Shown here: positions 39,056 to 51,655 of the stretch, in pieces
Numbering within the stretch: the first letter of the stretch is position 1
Layout: every line of letters begins with the position of its first letter
NCBI RefSeq assembly: GCF_009914755.1
Contig: NC_060942.1
Direction: 5' to 3' (one strand)
DNA: 64,000 nt
Origin: the human T2T-CHM13v2.0 reference genome, Homo sapiens
The notes under the pieces: generated by a model
Seen by the model: the letters and a program-made list of their open reading frames with translations, nothing else
The model's database searches: none
What the model was told of the DNA's origin: nothing
Made by a program: the position numbers and the translations under genes

Positions 39056-41499
39056 CATCTTCCATTTTCACAGGGCTAGGGGTAGGAGGACACATAGAAC
39101 AGAGATACCTATCCAGGAAAAAAAAGCAGATGAGGGTCTCAAACTGGCCCTCTCTATAGTCCATGTTACTGATCAGATATAATAAAGTCAAATTACTACT
39201 CCCTTGATATAAGCCAACATACTAAGTAAGTGGCTACAGTCACCTGTATTTAAAAGGAGAGCTGATCATCTACTTCTGTAACAGAAAAACGTGAATTAAA
39301 CAAGCAGATATGGGAGATTTAGTAAAGAAGGAAATTTCCATGGTATGTGATTGCTTCAATAGGCATTTGTTTCAATGTCCAATTTGGACAACTCTTCAGA
39401 TGGATAATTTTGAGATACATTAGACCAGGATGTCTGCTTCTCAAAACCTGAAATGTACACTGTCTAGTTTTGTTGGCTTAGCAGTAAATGTACTTTAATA
39501 AACAAATGCCAAGTCTCTTAAAATGTATCATTTGTTCTTGGTCAGCTATTGCTAAGATGCTTGATAGGTAGGGTCAAAATGGGGCAAGATGCCCATCTTA
39601 TCCAGTGATCAGTAGGGGATCCGGCAGCTCCAGGCCCACCTCAAACTGGAGACGGGAGCTCAGTGTCCAGTCACTGCCACCTACACCGTGTTCATCATGC
39701 CTGAAGATTAAAGCAATGCCCTCATGAGAGCATGTTCTGGCCTGACTTGATTGCAAAGGCTGGGAAAAGTGCCCACAGAAGGAGTGTCATCTGTTACACA
39801 GGAGCTGGTGGTTCTGCCCTAACAGAGGCTGCTCCCCCTAGGAGGCACAGCAGGGAGAAATGGAGAAGGAAGGAGTCTGGCAGTGATATGAACTTTGATC
39901 TTTTTGATAAAACATCTTCTACAACATGTTTTAGGGAACAGCTAAAGTCTTTAAGAACACCAAAGCCGGATCTTTCCTCTATTTGCTGAAAGCCAGTCAC
40001 AGCGATAACAAGAGGAAGATGACAAGTTTTATCCTTATAGAGAACAGGTGGGTCGATGGTTGGAATAAGGCATGAACTAGCTGGGGTGTAGCACAGAATA
40101 AAGGGGGCATCTCACCCTACCAGGAGAAGGGCTTTATGGCAGAGGCATCATGCCAAGTGAGCCTGAAAAAGAATGTGGTCCAGGTGGATAACTCTTAGGT
40201 TGGCCAGCATTCCCCACTGGTCAGCCATTCTGCATAATTACTAGGTGTTCCTGGATCATCTCTCATATGCTAAAGCTTTGCTGGAAAACCAGGGGAACTA
40301 AAGATGACAAGGAGCCTCTTTGACCTCTCAAAAGCCTAGATGGCTACCCACCTAGAGCTTGCAGGGACTCTGCCTCTCATTTCTCCCAAAGGAACATTTC
40401 TTGGTGGATGATAAAATACCTCATGTTCCCAGCAAACCCTCAGACTGAAACATAAGAAGTACTTGAGTTGTTGCCAGAGAAACGTTCCAGAGCCAAGTGG
40501 ACGACTGCTAGGGGTGGCCTTGGGATAAGCTATCCTCCCTCTAGCAGTTTTTGGGAGGAAAAGGTGAAGGTGGAAGTGAGCTGCTCCACTGGGGGAAATG
40601 CCTGAGCTAGGCCTCAGTTAGAAATCTACCAAGAGAAATCGCGATGCTCGAATGTCCGAACTGTAGATTTCTGCCTGAAGCACGTCACTGCTCTCAAGCA
40701 ACCACGATGATCTCAACGCCTATGGTGCTTTGCGATTCAACTCCCATTTACCCCAAAGTTTAATGATTGTCAAAACAAGTCATGTTTTCTTAGTAATAAC
40801 ACGCTTAATTCTTAACTGTCCATTCATTGTTTCGGAAAAATGCTTCGGACAAAGGCAGAGATCACATTTGTGTATGTTTTGCATACTCCATGAGAGACCT
40901 TAGAGGCATTAGAACTCCCACAGATTGGTTTTTTACTTCCTTAGGATGGAATTCCTCAGATGTGACAGAAGGACACAGTGACCCTTTCAGGGAAAGCAGC
41001 GAGGCATCTGGGACAAAGACAATGTCCACATGGCAAACCGCAAAGCACATGCTTGAAATCCTGGCTTTCTATGCACTTTCCCCCAACTTTTGTTTAGAAG
41101 TCAGACGTTGATTTTCATTATCTGCATACTTAACAGGACTGTCATGACATCCCATTACAAACTGTCTTCAAAGAAAGTAGTAAACATAACTTTACTCTTC
41201 AAAGATAACATCCCGTCCGTATGTGACTCCCTGCATCTTGCACGGATCATTTACAAACCAAGCATCTCCACGGGGCCCCAGGGTGACATAAACAAACCTT
41301 GGAAGGGTGTCAAGAAGCACAAGAATCATCTCTGGAGGCTGTATCTTAATCTTGAATCTTTTGTTACCCCTGCTGTTTTAGAAGGAAAAAAAACAACCAA
41401 TCATCTTTTTATCTGAGAAATCTGAGCATGAGTGCCTTGGTTAACCAAAATGGGTTAACCTTATATTTGCAACACGAATGCTATTTCTCTCACTACATA

Positions 41500-41735
41500 T
41501 TTCGACAGCTGTTCAAAGAAACCTTTTCTGATAAATGCCTACACTCCAAATGTGCTGTGCTTTCTTGGTTCATGCTTCTGCTGTGACACTTATCTCACTG
41601 TTTTATAATTAGTCGGACATGAGTCTGTTTCCCAAGCTAGACTGTCCGAGTCATGTCTGTATCCCCAGTGACCGGTGCAGGGCCTGGCCTAGAGTACGAC
41701 AGAGTAGGTACTCCATAAAAGGTGTGTTGAATTGG
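41500..41735 (+). mobile_element. L2 3' end
   Basis: tctgtatccccagtg...gggcctggcc...agtaggtactccataaa...tgttgaat. Confidence 0.65.
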
Positions 41736-42339
41736 GAAAAAAAAAAAAAAAAAAAGCACACAAGTACTCACTGCATCAGTCAGTCCAATCAAAGGAAAGC
41801 ATGGTACTTACTCTTGAAAACAAAGGTTGAGCCAAAAGTCCTGTCCAGTACAGCTGAAAACATAGTATTTTTACAATGCAGATTTGGTTCTCTAATTTTG
41901 CATGCTTTTGGCTGACATTTAGATAAGCATGTACCAGTCAGCAATGTAGAATACGGCCCATAAGTTCATGAATGGCATGAAAGCCCTCTTAGAGTCCAGA
42001 ATCTGATAATCTGAACCAGTTTATGGGTGGATGATTCCACAGACTCAGATGAGCTAGACTGGAGCCTACTCACTATTTACCATTATTGTTCCAGTTGCAG
42101 AATCATTCCAAATTTCAAACAACAGACATATAATGAACTATGGGGCACAACTCCTTAGTTGGGGACTGACTGTAAAGATAAAATTGTGAAGCATCATCAT
42201 GACATAGTCCCATAAATCACACTACACAAAAAGGAACTGGGCATAGCTGGATTTAGACATTCATTCTTCTCTTATTCCCTTCAGCTACTCTCGGCAGCCT
42301 CAGATGCTGTCCTAGGGCACCTCGCTGAGCTTGAAAGCT

Positions 42340-42945
42340 AATGTTGCACAATGGTTAGACACGGACTCTGGACTCAACCAAGGTTCAAATCGGAACCACT
42401 TCCTGTGTGACACTGATTATTTCTTCAAACCCCAGGTTCTGGATTTACCTTATTTAAAAATGGGGATGAACGGCCAGGCGCAGTGGCTCACTCCTGTAAT
42501 CCCAGCACTTTGGGAGGCTGAGGCAGACGGATCACCTGAGGTCAGGAGTCACGTGAGGTCAAGACCAGCCTGACTAACATGGTGAAACCCCGTCTCTACT
42601 AAAAATTAGCTGTGTGTTGTGGCGTGTGCCTGTAGTCCCAGCTACTCAGGAAGCTGAGGCAGGAGAATCTCTTGAATCCAGGAAGCAGAGGTGTAGTGAG
42701 CCGATATTGCGCCACTGCACTCCCAGTTTGGGAGGTTGCAGTGAGCTGAGATCGTGCCACTGCACTCCAGCTTGGGTGACAGAGTGAGACTCCGTCTCGA
42801 AAAATAATAATAATAAATAAATACAAATGGGGATTAAAAAGTATATAGGTAATGGGGTTATTTTGAAAATTAAAGAGAAATATATGAAACAAGCTACTCA
42901 GTAGCATTTGTCACGAGTGTTCAATAAGCATTAGCTATTACTGTT
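42340..42945 (+). mobile_element. MIR split by an Alu
   Basis: aatggttagac...ggttcaaatc...aaaatggggat|Alu|...aaattaa...gttcaataagcattagctatta. Confidence 0.7.
42472..42824 (+). mobile_element. AluS with two internal tandem duplications
   Basis: Alu dimer with duplicated tcac(c/g)tgaggtca and a duplicated ~44-bp right-arm segment; aaatggggat on both flanks. Confidence 0.93.
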
Positions 42946-43404
42946 ATTTACACAATTCCTTTTCCAGGATTTTCTCTGTACTCCTTACAGGTCAACACCA
43001 CAATTTAACTTTGTGTTCCAGACCCCTTAGATCCCTACTTCCTAATCATGTCAGAGATTATTTAAGAAACTTGGGCCAAAGTGTTGATGCAAGACAAAAT
43101 GATTTAGTGTTATTCCTGCCAAATAGCATCTTAGCATTTCTAAGAAGAGTCACCCTCAGCCCTTACCACCTGCTTGAGAGATGTGTTTTAGAGAAGGCAC
43201 GAGAACAAGCCCCCATTTTAATTTTCACATCAGCAATGAAATGATCTAGGGAAGACTCTTTGAAGTCAAATTTGTCAACTACTCAAGAGAGGTAAGAATT
43301 TTCAAGGGGAAACTTTGAAGACTGGATTATGAGCACTTCAAATGGAGCTTTAATAGAAAGTGTTTATTGTGGATGAGTGAAAACGTCTCTCTTGTTCATA
43401 ATCA

Positions 43405-44375
43405 AGTTTCTCTTCTACACGGAGTCTTTCCCTTTAGCACATGAAAGTGTTCATGCCTCTCCTGTATTCAAAATAAAAGATTTTCCTCAAATCTACACAT
43501 TAGATCCTTGCTGCCCATCTGTTTCTATTGGGCCTGTCCAAATCTCTTGAAGCAGTCGTCTATATGTGTCATCTCTTCTCTCATTATCCAGTCTTTGCTC
43601 ATCCATAATCTGGCTTCTATCCCCCACCTTCCACTTACACAGCTCTCCTGAAGGTCACCAGTGTGCTCTGTGATGGGAAACCCAACAGACTTGAGTTCTT
43701 GCATTATGTGACTTGTCATATGTGCATCTGTTGACCAACTCCTCCTTCTTGAAACTTCCCCCTCTATCTTCGAGACAGCACTTTTCTCCTTCCGTGTTTT
43801 GGCCACTACTCCCCATACTCGCTTCTGGATTCCTTAGTGTTCTGTTGGGTTCTGTCTTCAACCATCTTCCCTTCTCACTGCACACACATCTTGAAGCATC
43901 ATCTACTTCCTTGGCTTCAACCACCATTCATATTCCAGTGACTCTCAAAATTAGATCTCCTGCTCACAAATCTCTGTGCCCCAGACTCATATGCAGTGGC
44001 TTATTGGACAGTTCCTCTTGCATATATCACAGATGTGTCAAACTTAGTAGGTCCAAATCTGTAATTATCTTAACATCCACCCTCATCACCATTAGAACAG
44101 CTCCTTCCTAGGTTTTCGACATGCTACAGAACAGTTCCATTGCTCAACCAGTAGACCAAACCTAGACAGGAATCATCCTTGGCTTCTCCCTTACTTCAGT
44201 CTCCACATCTGGTCAGCCAAGTACAATAGGTTCTACCTCTCAGTGTTTCTTAAATCTATTTCCCTGAATCCTTACTGCCACTATTTAGTCATGGACTTCT
44301 TACTTTTTGGCCTAGTTTACTCTAAAAGTATCTTTACTCATGATCAGTTTCACCCTTACCCAATCCATTCTTCAT
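43405..44375 (+). mobile_element. L2, degenerate RT region to 3' part
   Basis: aatctggcttct...cagctctcctgaaggtcacca (QSGF...TALLKVT-like), ctgttgaccaactcctccttcttgaaact (VDH.LLLET-like). Confidence 0.8.
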
Positions 44376-44619
44376 GTGTTATGTTTATTTTAGTCTATTT
44401 GAAAAGGCATTTTCTATAGAGGGTCTATTCCTCTCCTGTAAACATCAGGAAAGCATAACTTTTTCAATTCTTAAAACATACCAGAAAACCTACCCATACA
44501 AGTAATGACCCAGTTATTTCAAGATGATTGGGTAAGTACCAGGGATAATATTCAATGTGATTGGGCAATATTTCCATTTGCTTCTGTACTAATAAGTTCT
44601 TTCTCTGATGTTGGTTTAT

Positions 44620-45015
44620 TCATGCAATGGGATATGATAGAAAAGTGAGTGTCAGTTAATGAGAACTGCTTGGTTTACATGGATGTAGCACACAAACCTA
44701 ATATTTAGCAGACAGTCATACAAAGGCACACAAAATATATGAAGGTTATTAACATGAAAAATACTACTCTGTCACTTTGGGATACATGCTTAAGTTTAAA
44801 AGTAGAGGAAAGTACATGGGAGCAATGAACACCAAGTTTGCAACAGTGGCTAAATCTGGCTGGAGTGGAGAGGGCTGAAATGAGGAAGGGATGACCAAGC
44901 AGGTGCATTAGCTTTATTGAAGCATCTCAGTGTCTCATATCTTAAGCTGGGTTTTGGATACAAAGTCATTTATGTGTCCTTATACTTTTTTGCAGGTATT
45001 AAGATATTGTTCCAA
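44620..45015 (+). mobile_element. Old L1ME-like 3' end
   Basis: acatggatg...acaaaccta...acaccaagtttgcaacagtggct...tcttaagctggg...tatacttttt. Confidence 0.55.
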
Positions 45016-46141
45016 AATTAACGTCCAAGAATGGATTTTAATATAAAGACCATTTAACATCATTCTAGGCTCTATGGCCCCTTACCCCTCCTGCCCCCCA
45101 AATACCCCAATAAAGTAACAAGCCAACATACCACTAGAACAGAAAAGGTTGCTAGACTCTAGCCAGAGAAAATCTTATCCTCAAGCAGTACTTGATAGAA
45201 CAAAGCTTCAGAACAAAAAAAGATTCTGGAATCCACCAGAATATAATGTGTTTTAAACAGATTGTCTGAGTGCTCCTTTTCAGAAGGGCTCATCTCACAC
45301 ACCTTGCATATCTGGCCTTGTCTGACCTGTTTTCCAACAGGGAAAGGAGCATGGGTGCCTGCAGCTACTTCCTAAGTGGGCTCCAGAGTTCACTCAGAAA
45401 ATACGCCTAACAAGCCCCAGGTGGACACATGAGGAACGGAGCCTCACACAGAGGCCAAAGGTGAACCAGTGCATTCTTCACAGAGCCAGCTAGCAAAGTG
45501 GGTTTCAGGATGCAGCTCCCATCTGCTCCACCAGCGCCCCTGGGGATTCACAGGCTGCCAACAGCAAAAGGGCAAGGGTTTGATGTGGGCACAGCCCACA
45601 ACACCTCTATTATGCATAACAGTCAACTGAGATGCCCCAAAGCCCATGCCCTTTGAATCAGGTACACTCAGCTTCCTGAATACTTTCACTATGTGGGACC
45701 TCATGCTTCAGCACAAAGACAGTGAGGAAATTAACCTGTCTGCAACAGCATGCGTTGCTTTCAAAGGACTGGGAGCTCCACACCTGCATGGTTCTGAGAA
45801 GAGATCTCACCACCGGCTCTGCCTATTCCAATGTATGAGCAACGCAGTCTTAATATCACACTGCAGCTCTTCCCTTCGTAATTTATTAAGTATCACTCAG
45901 CTTCTTCCCTTGCTTCCGAGTAAGAGCTGGCAAGAGTGCCAGCCAGGACTAGAGAGAAAAGAAAGGAAAGGCCTCCTGGGATGCATATGTGTACATAGCC
46001 TTTCTTTATGAGCCACTGAGCACCACTCAAATGGAAATGCATGGCCAAAGTTTTAGAAAGCAGAAAGACCATGATTCAAAACACATTTTAGGAGAAGCCC
46101 ACACATGAGTGAAGCAGAGGACTGTCAAGAAGCATTTTTCG

Positions 46142-46483
<342 letters not shown>

Positions 46484-46897
46484 TCATGACACCAAACTAA
46501 AGGCTTTGAAACTGAGCCTGAGACTTACGCATCAAGTTCAGAGTTATAGATTGAAATATAGAGTCACTGGGAAAACAGATGTCCATAAAGTCTTAAGAGC
46601 AGGGTAAAGTCTACTGTTTGCTGGTTTCAAGCTACATACCTGGAGTCCAACTCAGAAGTGACATGCTGCTGGGCTTGGCATGACTATACCCCTAAGCCAG
46701 TGAATGCCTCTACTCAGTTTCCAAAATTCACAGGTCTAAGCAGGAAGCCTACAGCATAGGCCTAGATAGAGAATGGTGTCTCAGTCAACAAGTCTTTGCA
46801 CATTTTTGAACAGGTTAAGAGCCACTGGGGCAAATCTCAAGTGACAAATAAGATCTTAATTCTTTGGCAGAAGCACTGGCTCTTCATACTCCCTTAA

Positions 46898-47027
46898 ACC
46901 AACATGGCACATGTATACATATGTAACTATCCTGCACGTTGTGCACATGTACCCTAAAACTTAAAGTATAATAAAAAAAAAAAAGAAAAAAAAAGGGAAG
47001 AAAAAAAAGAAAAAAAAAAAAACAAAC
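46898..47027 (+). mobile_element. Minimal L1PA 3' tip (~75 bp) plus A-rich tail
   Basis: accaacatggcacatgtatacatatgtaac...gtaccctaaaacttaaagtataataaaaaa. Confidence 0.9.
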
Positions 47028-47229
47028 AATCCTCCCTCCAGGCAGTGTTGTGGTGGCAGCTTAGAACAATGCTCAGAGGGCCCCAGCCTCCTGTCTTCCC
47101 CAAGGCAGCAAAAAGGCTACAGCAATTCTAGGGCTGATGGAGAGTGCTTCCCCCAACTCTTGCTAGAGATTGTGTCATTCTATTCTTCCCTAGAAAGTAG
47201 AGGTTTTCTGGGCAGCTGACTTTACCAAT

Positions 47230-47400
47230 AACCATGATTATTTATGGAGCTTTATTATTTGTCAGGAACTGGGCTAAGAGCCTGCAGAAACTGAGACTTG
47301 GACAGCTGAAATAAATTAGCCAAGATCACACCAGCCAATAAGTAATGGAGCCAAGATGCAAACCAAGGTATCTGCAGCCTAAGCTCAGTGCTATGCAATG
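47230..47400 (-). mobile_element. MIR
   Basis: gaaactgagactt...gccaagatcacaccagccaataagtaatggagccaaga...aaccaaggtatctg. Confidence 0.7.
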
Positions 47401-47493
47401 GGAGCCGCCCCATGCAGACAATTCTTACAACTGGCCTTGGGTGACTTCCTTTCACTCAAAGTAGTAGGGAAAAGAACTCAGCCAATCTCAAGG

Positions 47494-47535
47494 GTTTTTT
47501 TTTTGTTTTTTTTTGTTTTTGTTTTTGTTTTTTTT
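47494..47535. repeat. T-rich (T)nG simple repeat
   Basis: Read directly. Confidence 0.85.
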
Positions 47536-48296
47536 AATGTCTGTTAGATGGCTGGCTGGAACAAAGATGTGGGAATAAGGAAGAAAAGAATTCCTAGTCT
47601 GCTTGGGAAGGCAAGACTCACACATGTTGAAAGTATTAGAGACTGTGAAGAGAGGGCATATCATTAAGTGCTAAATTGCAAGGTATGGACTTTAAATCCT
47701 AAAGGAATTCGGAGAAGACAGACCTAAAGGAAACTCCTTCATCAGGGGCTTGAGGTGGGGAGTGGGGTGGAAAGGGCAAAGTCCTGCTCTTATCGGAAGT
47801 AACTGGATTAAAAATAGGAGCATGCTCTACACCTGTGTATCTACACCAGCTGCAGGGCATGGATGGGGTGGGGGGTGGTAGAGGATAACTACGCAACTAC
47901 ATAGTAGCAGGCAGAACACAGGAATCATTTTGCCACCAGTTAAGCCGTGTCAAGGTACAAACAGCAAAATATGTTTTCTGTCAGTGTGATTTTTTTTGTA
48001 CCCTTGAGAGGGATTTCTGTATACAGAAAAGATTCAAGAGTTGTTTTGTCTTATTGATTTTAAAAATTAGTATTCGATGTATTGAAGTTAAAATTCAAAT
48101 TCCTGTTTTTCTCTGAAGAATATAGTTCAACTTACAAATCTGATTCTATGTAAGCAAATTTCAAACAATTATTTTAAGGGAAACTTACAAATTACACTCA
48201 ATGTTTTAAACTGCACTCAGAAATTTTGTATGTTCCATTCTTTTTAGACTTCAATTGTCTAACTTTTGGAATTTTAATTAAAAATATCAATATAGA

Positions 48297-48430
48297 GGCC
48301 AGGCACAGTGGCTCACGCCTGTAATCCCAGCATTTTGGGTGGCTGGGCAGGAGGATCACTTGAGCCCAGAAGTTTGAGACCAGCCTGGGCAACATAGTGA
48401 GACCCCATCTTTATTAAAAAAAAAAATTAG
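48297..48430 (+). mobile_element. FLAM_C / AluJ left monomer
   Basis: Monomer with ggaggatcacttgagccc...aacatagtgagacccc; atatcaatat on both flanks. Confidence 0.88.
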
Positions 48431-48542
48431 AAGATATCAATATGGTTAGTTCTTAATGACTTTCACAATCCCACACTTGTAACTCTAAACCTCTTAATTA
48501 TCTTTTTAAAATTGAAGCACAAAGATGTTTTTCTCTGATGGG

Positions 48543-48978
48543 TTTTTTTTTTTTTTTTTTTTTTTTGGCAGGGGGAGACAGTCTTGCTCTGTCACCCAGG
48601 CTGGAGTGCAATGGCAGAATCTCAGCTCACTGCAACTCTGCCTCCCTGGTCCATGCGATTCTCGTTCTTCAGCCACCTGAGTACCTGGGATTACAGGTGC
48701 ACACTTGAGGTGGAGTCTCGCTCTGCACTGTCTGGAGTGCAGTAGTGCGATCTCGTCTAACTGCAACCTCTGCCTCGAAGGTTCAAGAGATTCTCCTGTC
48801 TCAGCCTCCTGAGTAGCTGAGATTATAGCCACACACCGCCATGCCCCGCTAATTTTTGTATTTTGGTAGAGACAGGGTTTCACCATGCCGGCCCGGCTCA
48901 AACTCCTGACCTCAAATGATCCACCTGCCTCGGTCTCCCAAAGTGCTGGGATTACAGGCATGAGCCATCGTGCCTGGT
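48543..48978 (-). mobile_element. Composite Alu: left arm + two right arms
   Basis: T24, right arm 48570-48704, then a second right arm from ttgaggtggagtctcgctct (48705), linker and left arm. Confidence 0.9.
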
Positions 48979-49559
48979 TCTCCAGTGGGCAATATTTTCT
49001 ATTTTAAATATCAATATATTTAAAGAACAGATGTACCCAGAAAGGTCTTTAACAAAAAGTGATTTACTTACCATTGTTTTTTCACATAGTTCTAATTTAA
49101 ATTTAAAACACACTTAGCCACTAATAAAACAATGGTGTCTTCCCAAATAATGTCTGGGTTGCCTTCCCGAGCTACTTTTGGAGGGCACTTTTCACTGGCT
49201 GTTTTTGCACACTGACCAGGATCAGGAGCAGCAGACGGCTGGGGCAATTTTTCTCAAGACCCATGCTATGGCGGCTAGTCAATGAAGCCCAGAAGGAAGG
49301 GCCTCAGAAGCATATCCTGAGCTCTCAATCTTGATCTAGTCTAAACGCTGATTGAAATTCACTTCCTTCAAGCCTAGTTTAGAGTTTGTTTCTTTGGTTC
49401 TGAACCCATCTCCAAGACTTTGTCGTCACAGTCCTAAAGCTGAGCTGAGGACGCAGTCCTCCTGACTTCTGTTAATATGCTATTAAATGGGGTGACATGA
49501 CCCAACCTACATACGTCTGTTTATTTCAGAACAAATGTTAATATATGAGAAGCATGTGT

Positions 49560-50530
49560 CCAATCACAATTCATTATGTCCTCCCACACCTCTACAACAA
49601 ACCATAGGATGTACCATTTCTTAGTCAATAGCACATCTAGATGTTCAAGCCAGAAATTCTGAAGTCTTCTATGGCTCCATTCTTTCTCCCACTTAATACA
49701 TCCAATGACAAATGCCTGACAACTATGTGTCCACTTTTCTCTCTTCTCCTTCCTTCTTCTCCACCTGCCCTGTCGATGGAGACCAGAACTTCATCAAGTC
49801 TTGATTAGGAGACTAACCATGGCTGAGCCTCCTAGTCTCCCTCTGTACCTGTCTTCCACTCCGTGGAAGTGACCAGGGGAAAACACTGCTCTGATGGTAT
49901 AAACCGCTGGGCTTGAAAACCTGGATGGTTTCCTACCATCTCTAGGGTCATCTCTTAGGATCTGCAAGGCTGTTCAAAGCTTTACTTCCTGTTTCATTCT
50001 CACCCAGAATCTGTTGCTTTTGTTCCCTAACACCATGCTCATTCGCGCTGCGTAATTTCACCCACACAATTCTTTCTGAATAAGTAGCTTTCTGTCTACT
50101 CAGATGCCATTCCCATTCCAGAGTCATTTCCAATGTCATCTGCCTTTTCCTGGTCAAGCCTGTCCTGACCAACTGTCGGAGAAAAAAAAAAAGACAGAAG
50201 AGATCTTTAAGGTGTTTTCACTGTATTTGGTATATATTTTGATCACACTATACTACAGTTAATTATAAGTTTGTTTCTCCTAAATTGGTTTTGAGCACAG
50301 GGCCAGGAGTGGCTTTATTCTTTATCAATATGATACTTGGCATATAGTTTATTTAACCAGCTGCCTCGTTCCATAAGGTATGAGGTTATTTCTTTTGTCT
50401 GCTCTCCACTAATCCCCCCTACTCCCAGTCACTTTAGAAGGCAAGATTTACAAGGGACCTTTGTTTTGTTCACGGACATAGCTAGAACAGTGCACATGGT
50501 AGGCATTTAATATTTGCAGAAGAGAAGGAA
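49560..50530 (+). mobile_element. L2 3' region
   Basis: caagccagaaatt...gtgtccacttttctc...ccttttcctggtcaagcct...ctttagaaggcaag...gtaggcatttaatatttg. Confidence 0.65.
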
Positions 50531-51464
50531 AGAATAAGAAGGTTGAAAGTAAGCAAGCACTCATAGAGCAAAGAGGACACTTACCAAGGGGACTATTATT
50601 AAACCTAGGTTACTTTAAAAAATCCTACTACCATGGCCATATTGGGATCAAGAGGAAAGTCTAAAGGCATCACAGAATCTCTAGTAGCTGAGCTCGGCTG
50701 TGGTCCTATAACAAGTTACAGATCCTATGTGATGGGCGCTCTGGCCTCCTCCTGCTTAGCATATTCTTGGGGCATCCCAACCTGAGGATCTGGGTTAGAG
50801 GGAAATGGGCTCTCAAGAACCCTCCAGAGCTGCAGAGTGCAGGGCAGCCCTGTCAAACCAGTGAGGGCTGCTGTGGGGTCATAGTGGGCAGAGTGGGGGA
50901 GAGAGATCAAGAGATGACCGCTTTAGGGAATGCTCATCTTAAACAAAAAGTTGGCAAAATGGAAAAAGAAAACAAAGAGGAGCCAGAGGCGGCCCTGAAA
51001 AATGATGGCTAAGTGATTCATGGGAGACCCCAGATGTGATTAACTCAAGTTCCAAAGTAAGAAATTTCAGGTTAAATGGCATTGTCTAACATATTTAAAA
51101 AGTTGGATCAGCTTCAAGTATAGATATTAAGCACATGACCAACTAAAAAGCCGCCCCTTTCCCTTCTCAGAGAACATGCCTCCCCAAGGAGGAAACAGGT
51201 CTCCCAAGCTAGAGACAGGCAGTGCCATCTTGGCTGGAACTTGTCTCTTGTGAAACTCCCCTTAGTGGCTAGGCGCCAAACCCATTCCTCAGTCCTGGCC
51301 CTAAGACCCCAGTTGCCTTTATGCTTCTCCCCCTACAAGTCAAAAGTTCGGTACACAAAAGAGTCTGTTAAGGTTGGAGGGGTGCCAGGATTAGACAAGT
51401 TGCATTAAGTTTCCCAGAAACGGATTCTTAAGGTAATAACCAAGGAATTTCACACAATGGCCGC

Positions 51465-51655
51465 AATGTGGTAAATGGACTGCCAGATTTAATTTCAAAG
51501 CCTGTTCGGACGGAAGCCTTTCTCATCCTGACTTTCCTGCAGACCAACTGTGTCATGTTGGGCAAGTCAGTTCATCACTCCAGACTTCAGCTTTCACATC
51601 TGCTAAATGGGAAGGATACTGCCTGTCATGCCTGCTTCACAGGGTTGCCATGAGC
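51465..51655 (+). mobile_element. MIR
   Basis: ctgtgtcatgttgggcaagtcagtt...ttcagctttcacatctgctaaatggg...cacagggttg. Confidence 0.65.

Noticed and set aside
45528-45546. CTCF-like cagcgcccctgggg
   Set aside because: One base short in the C-run, so core spacing does not fit the consensus.
48506-48961. 151-aa ORF and other Alu-type ORFs
   Set aside because: Alu translations.
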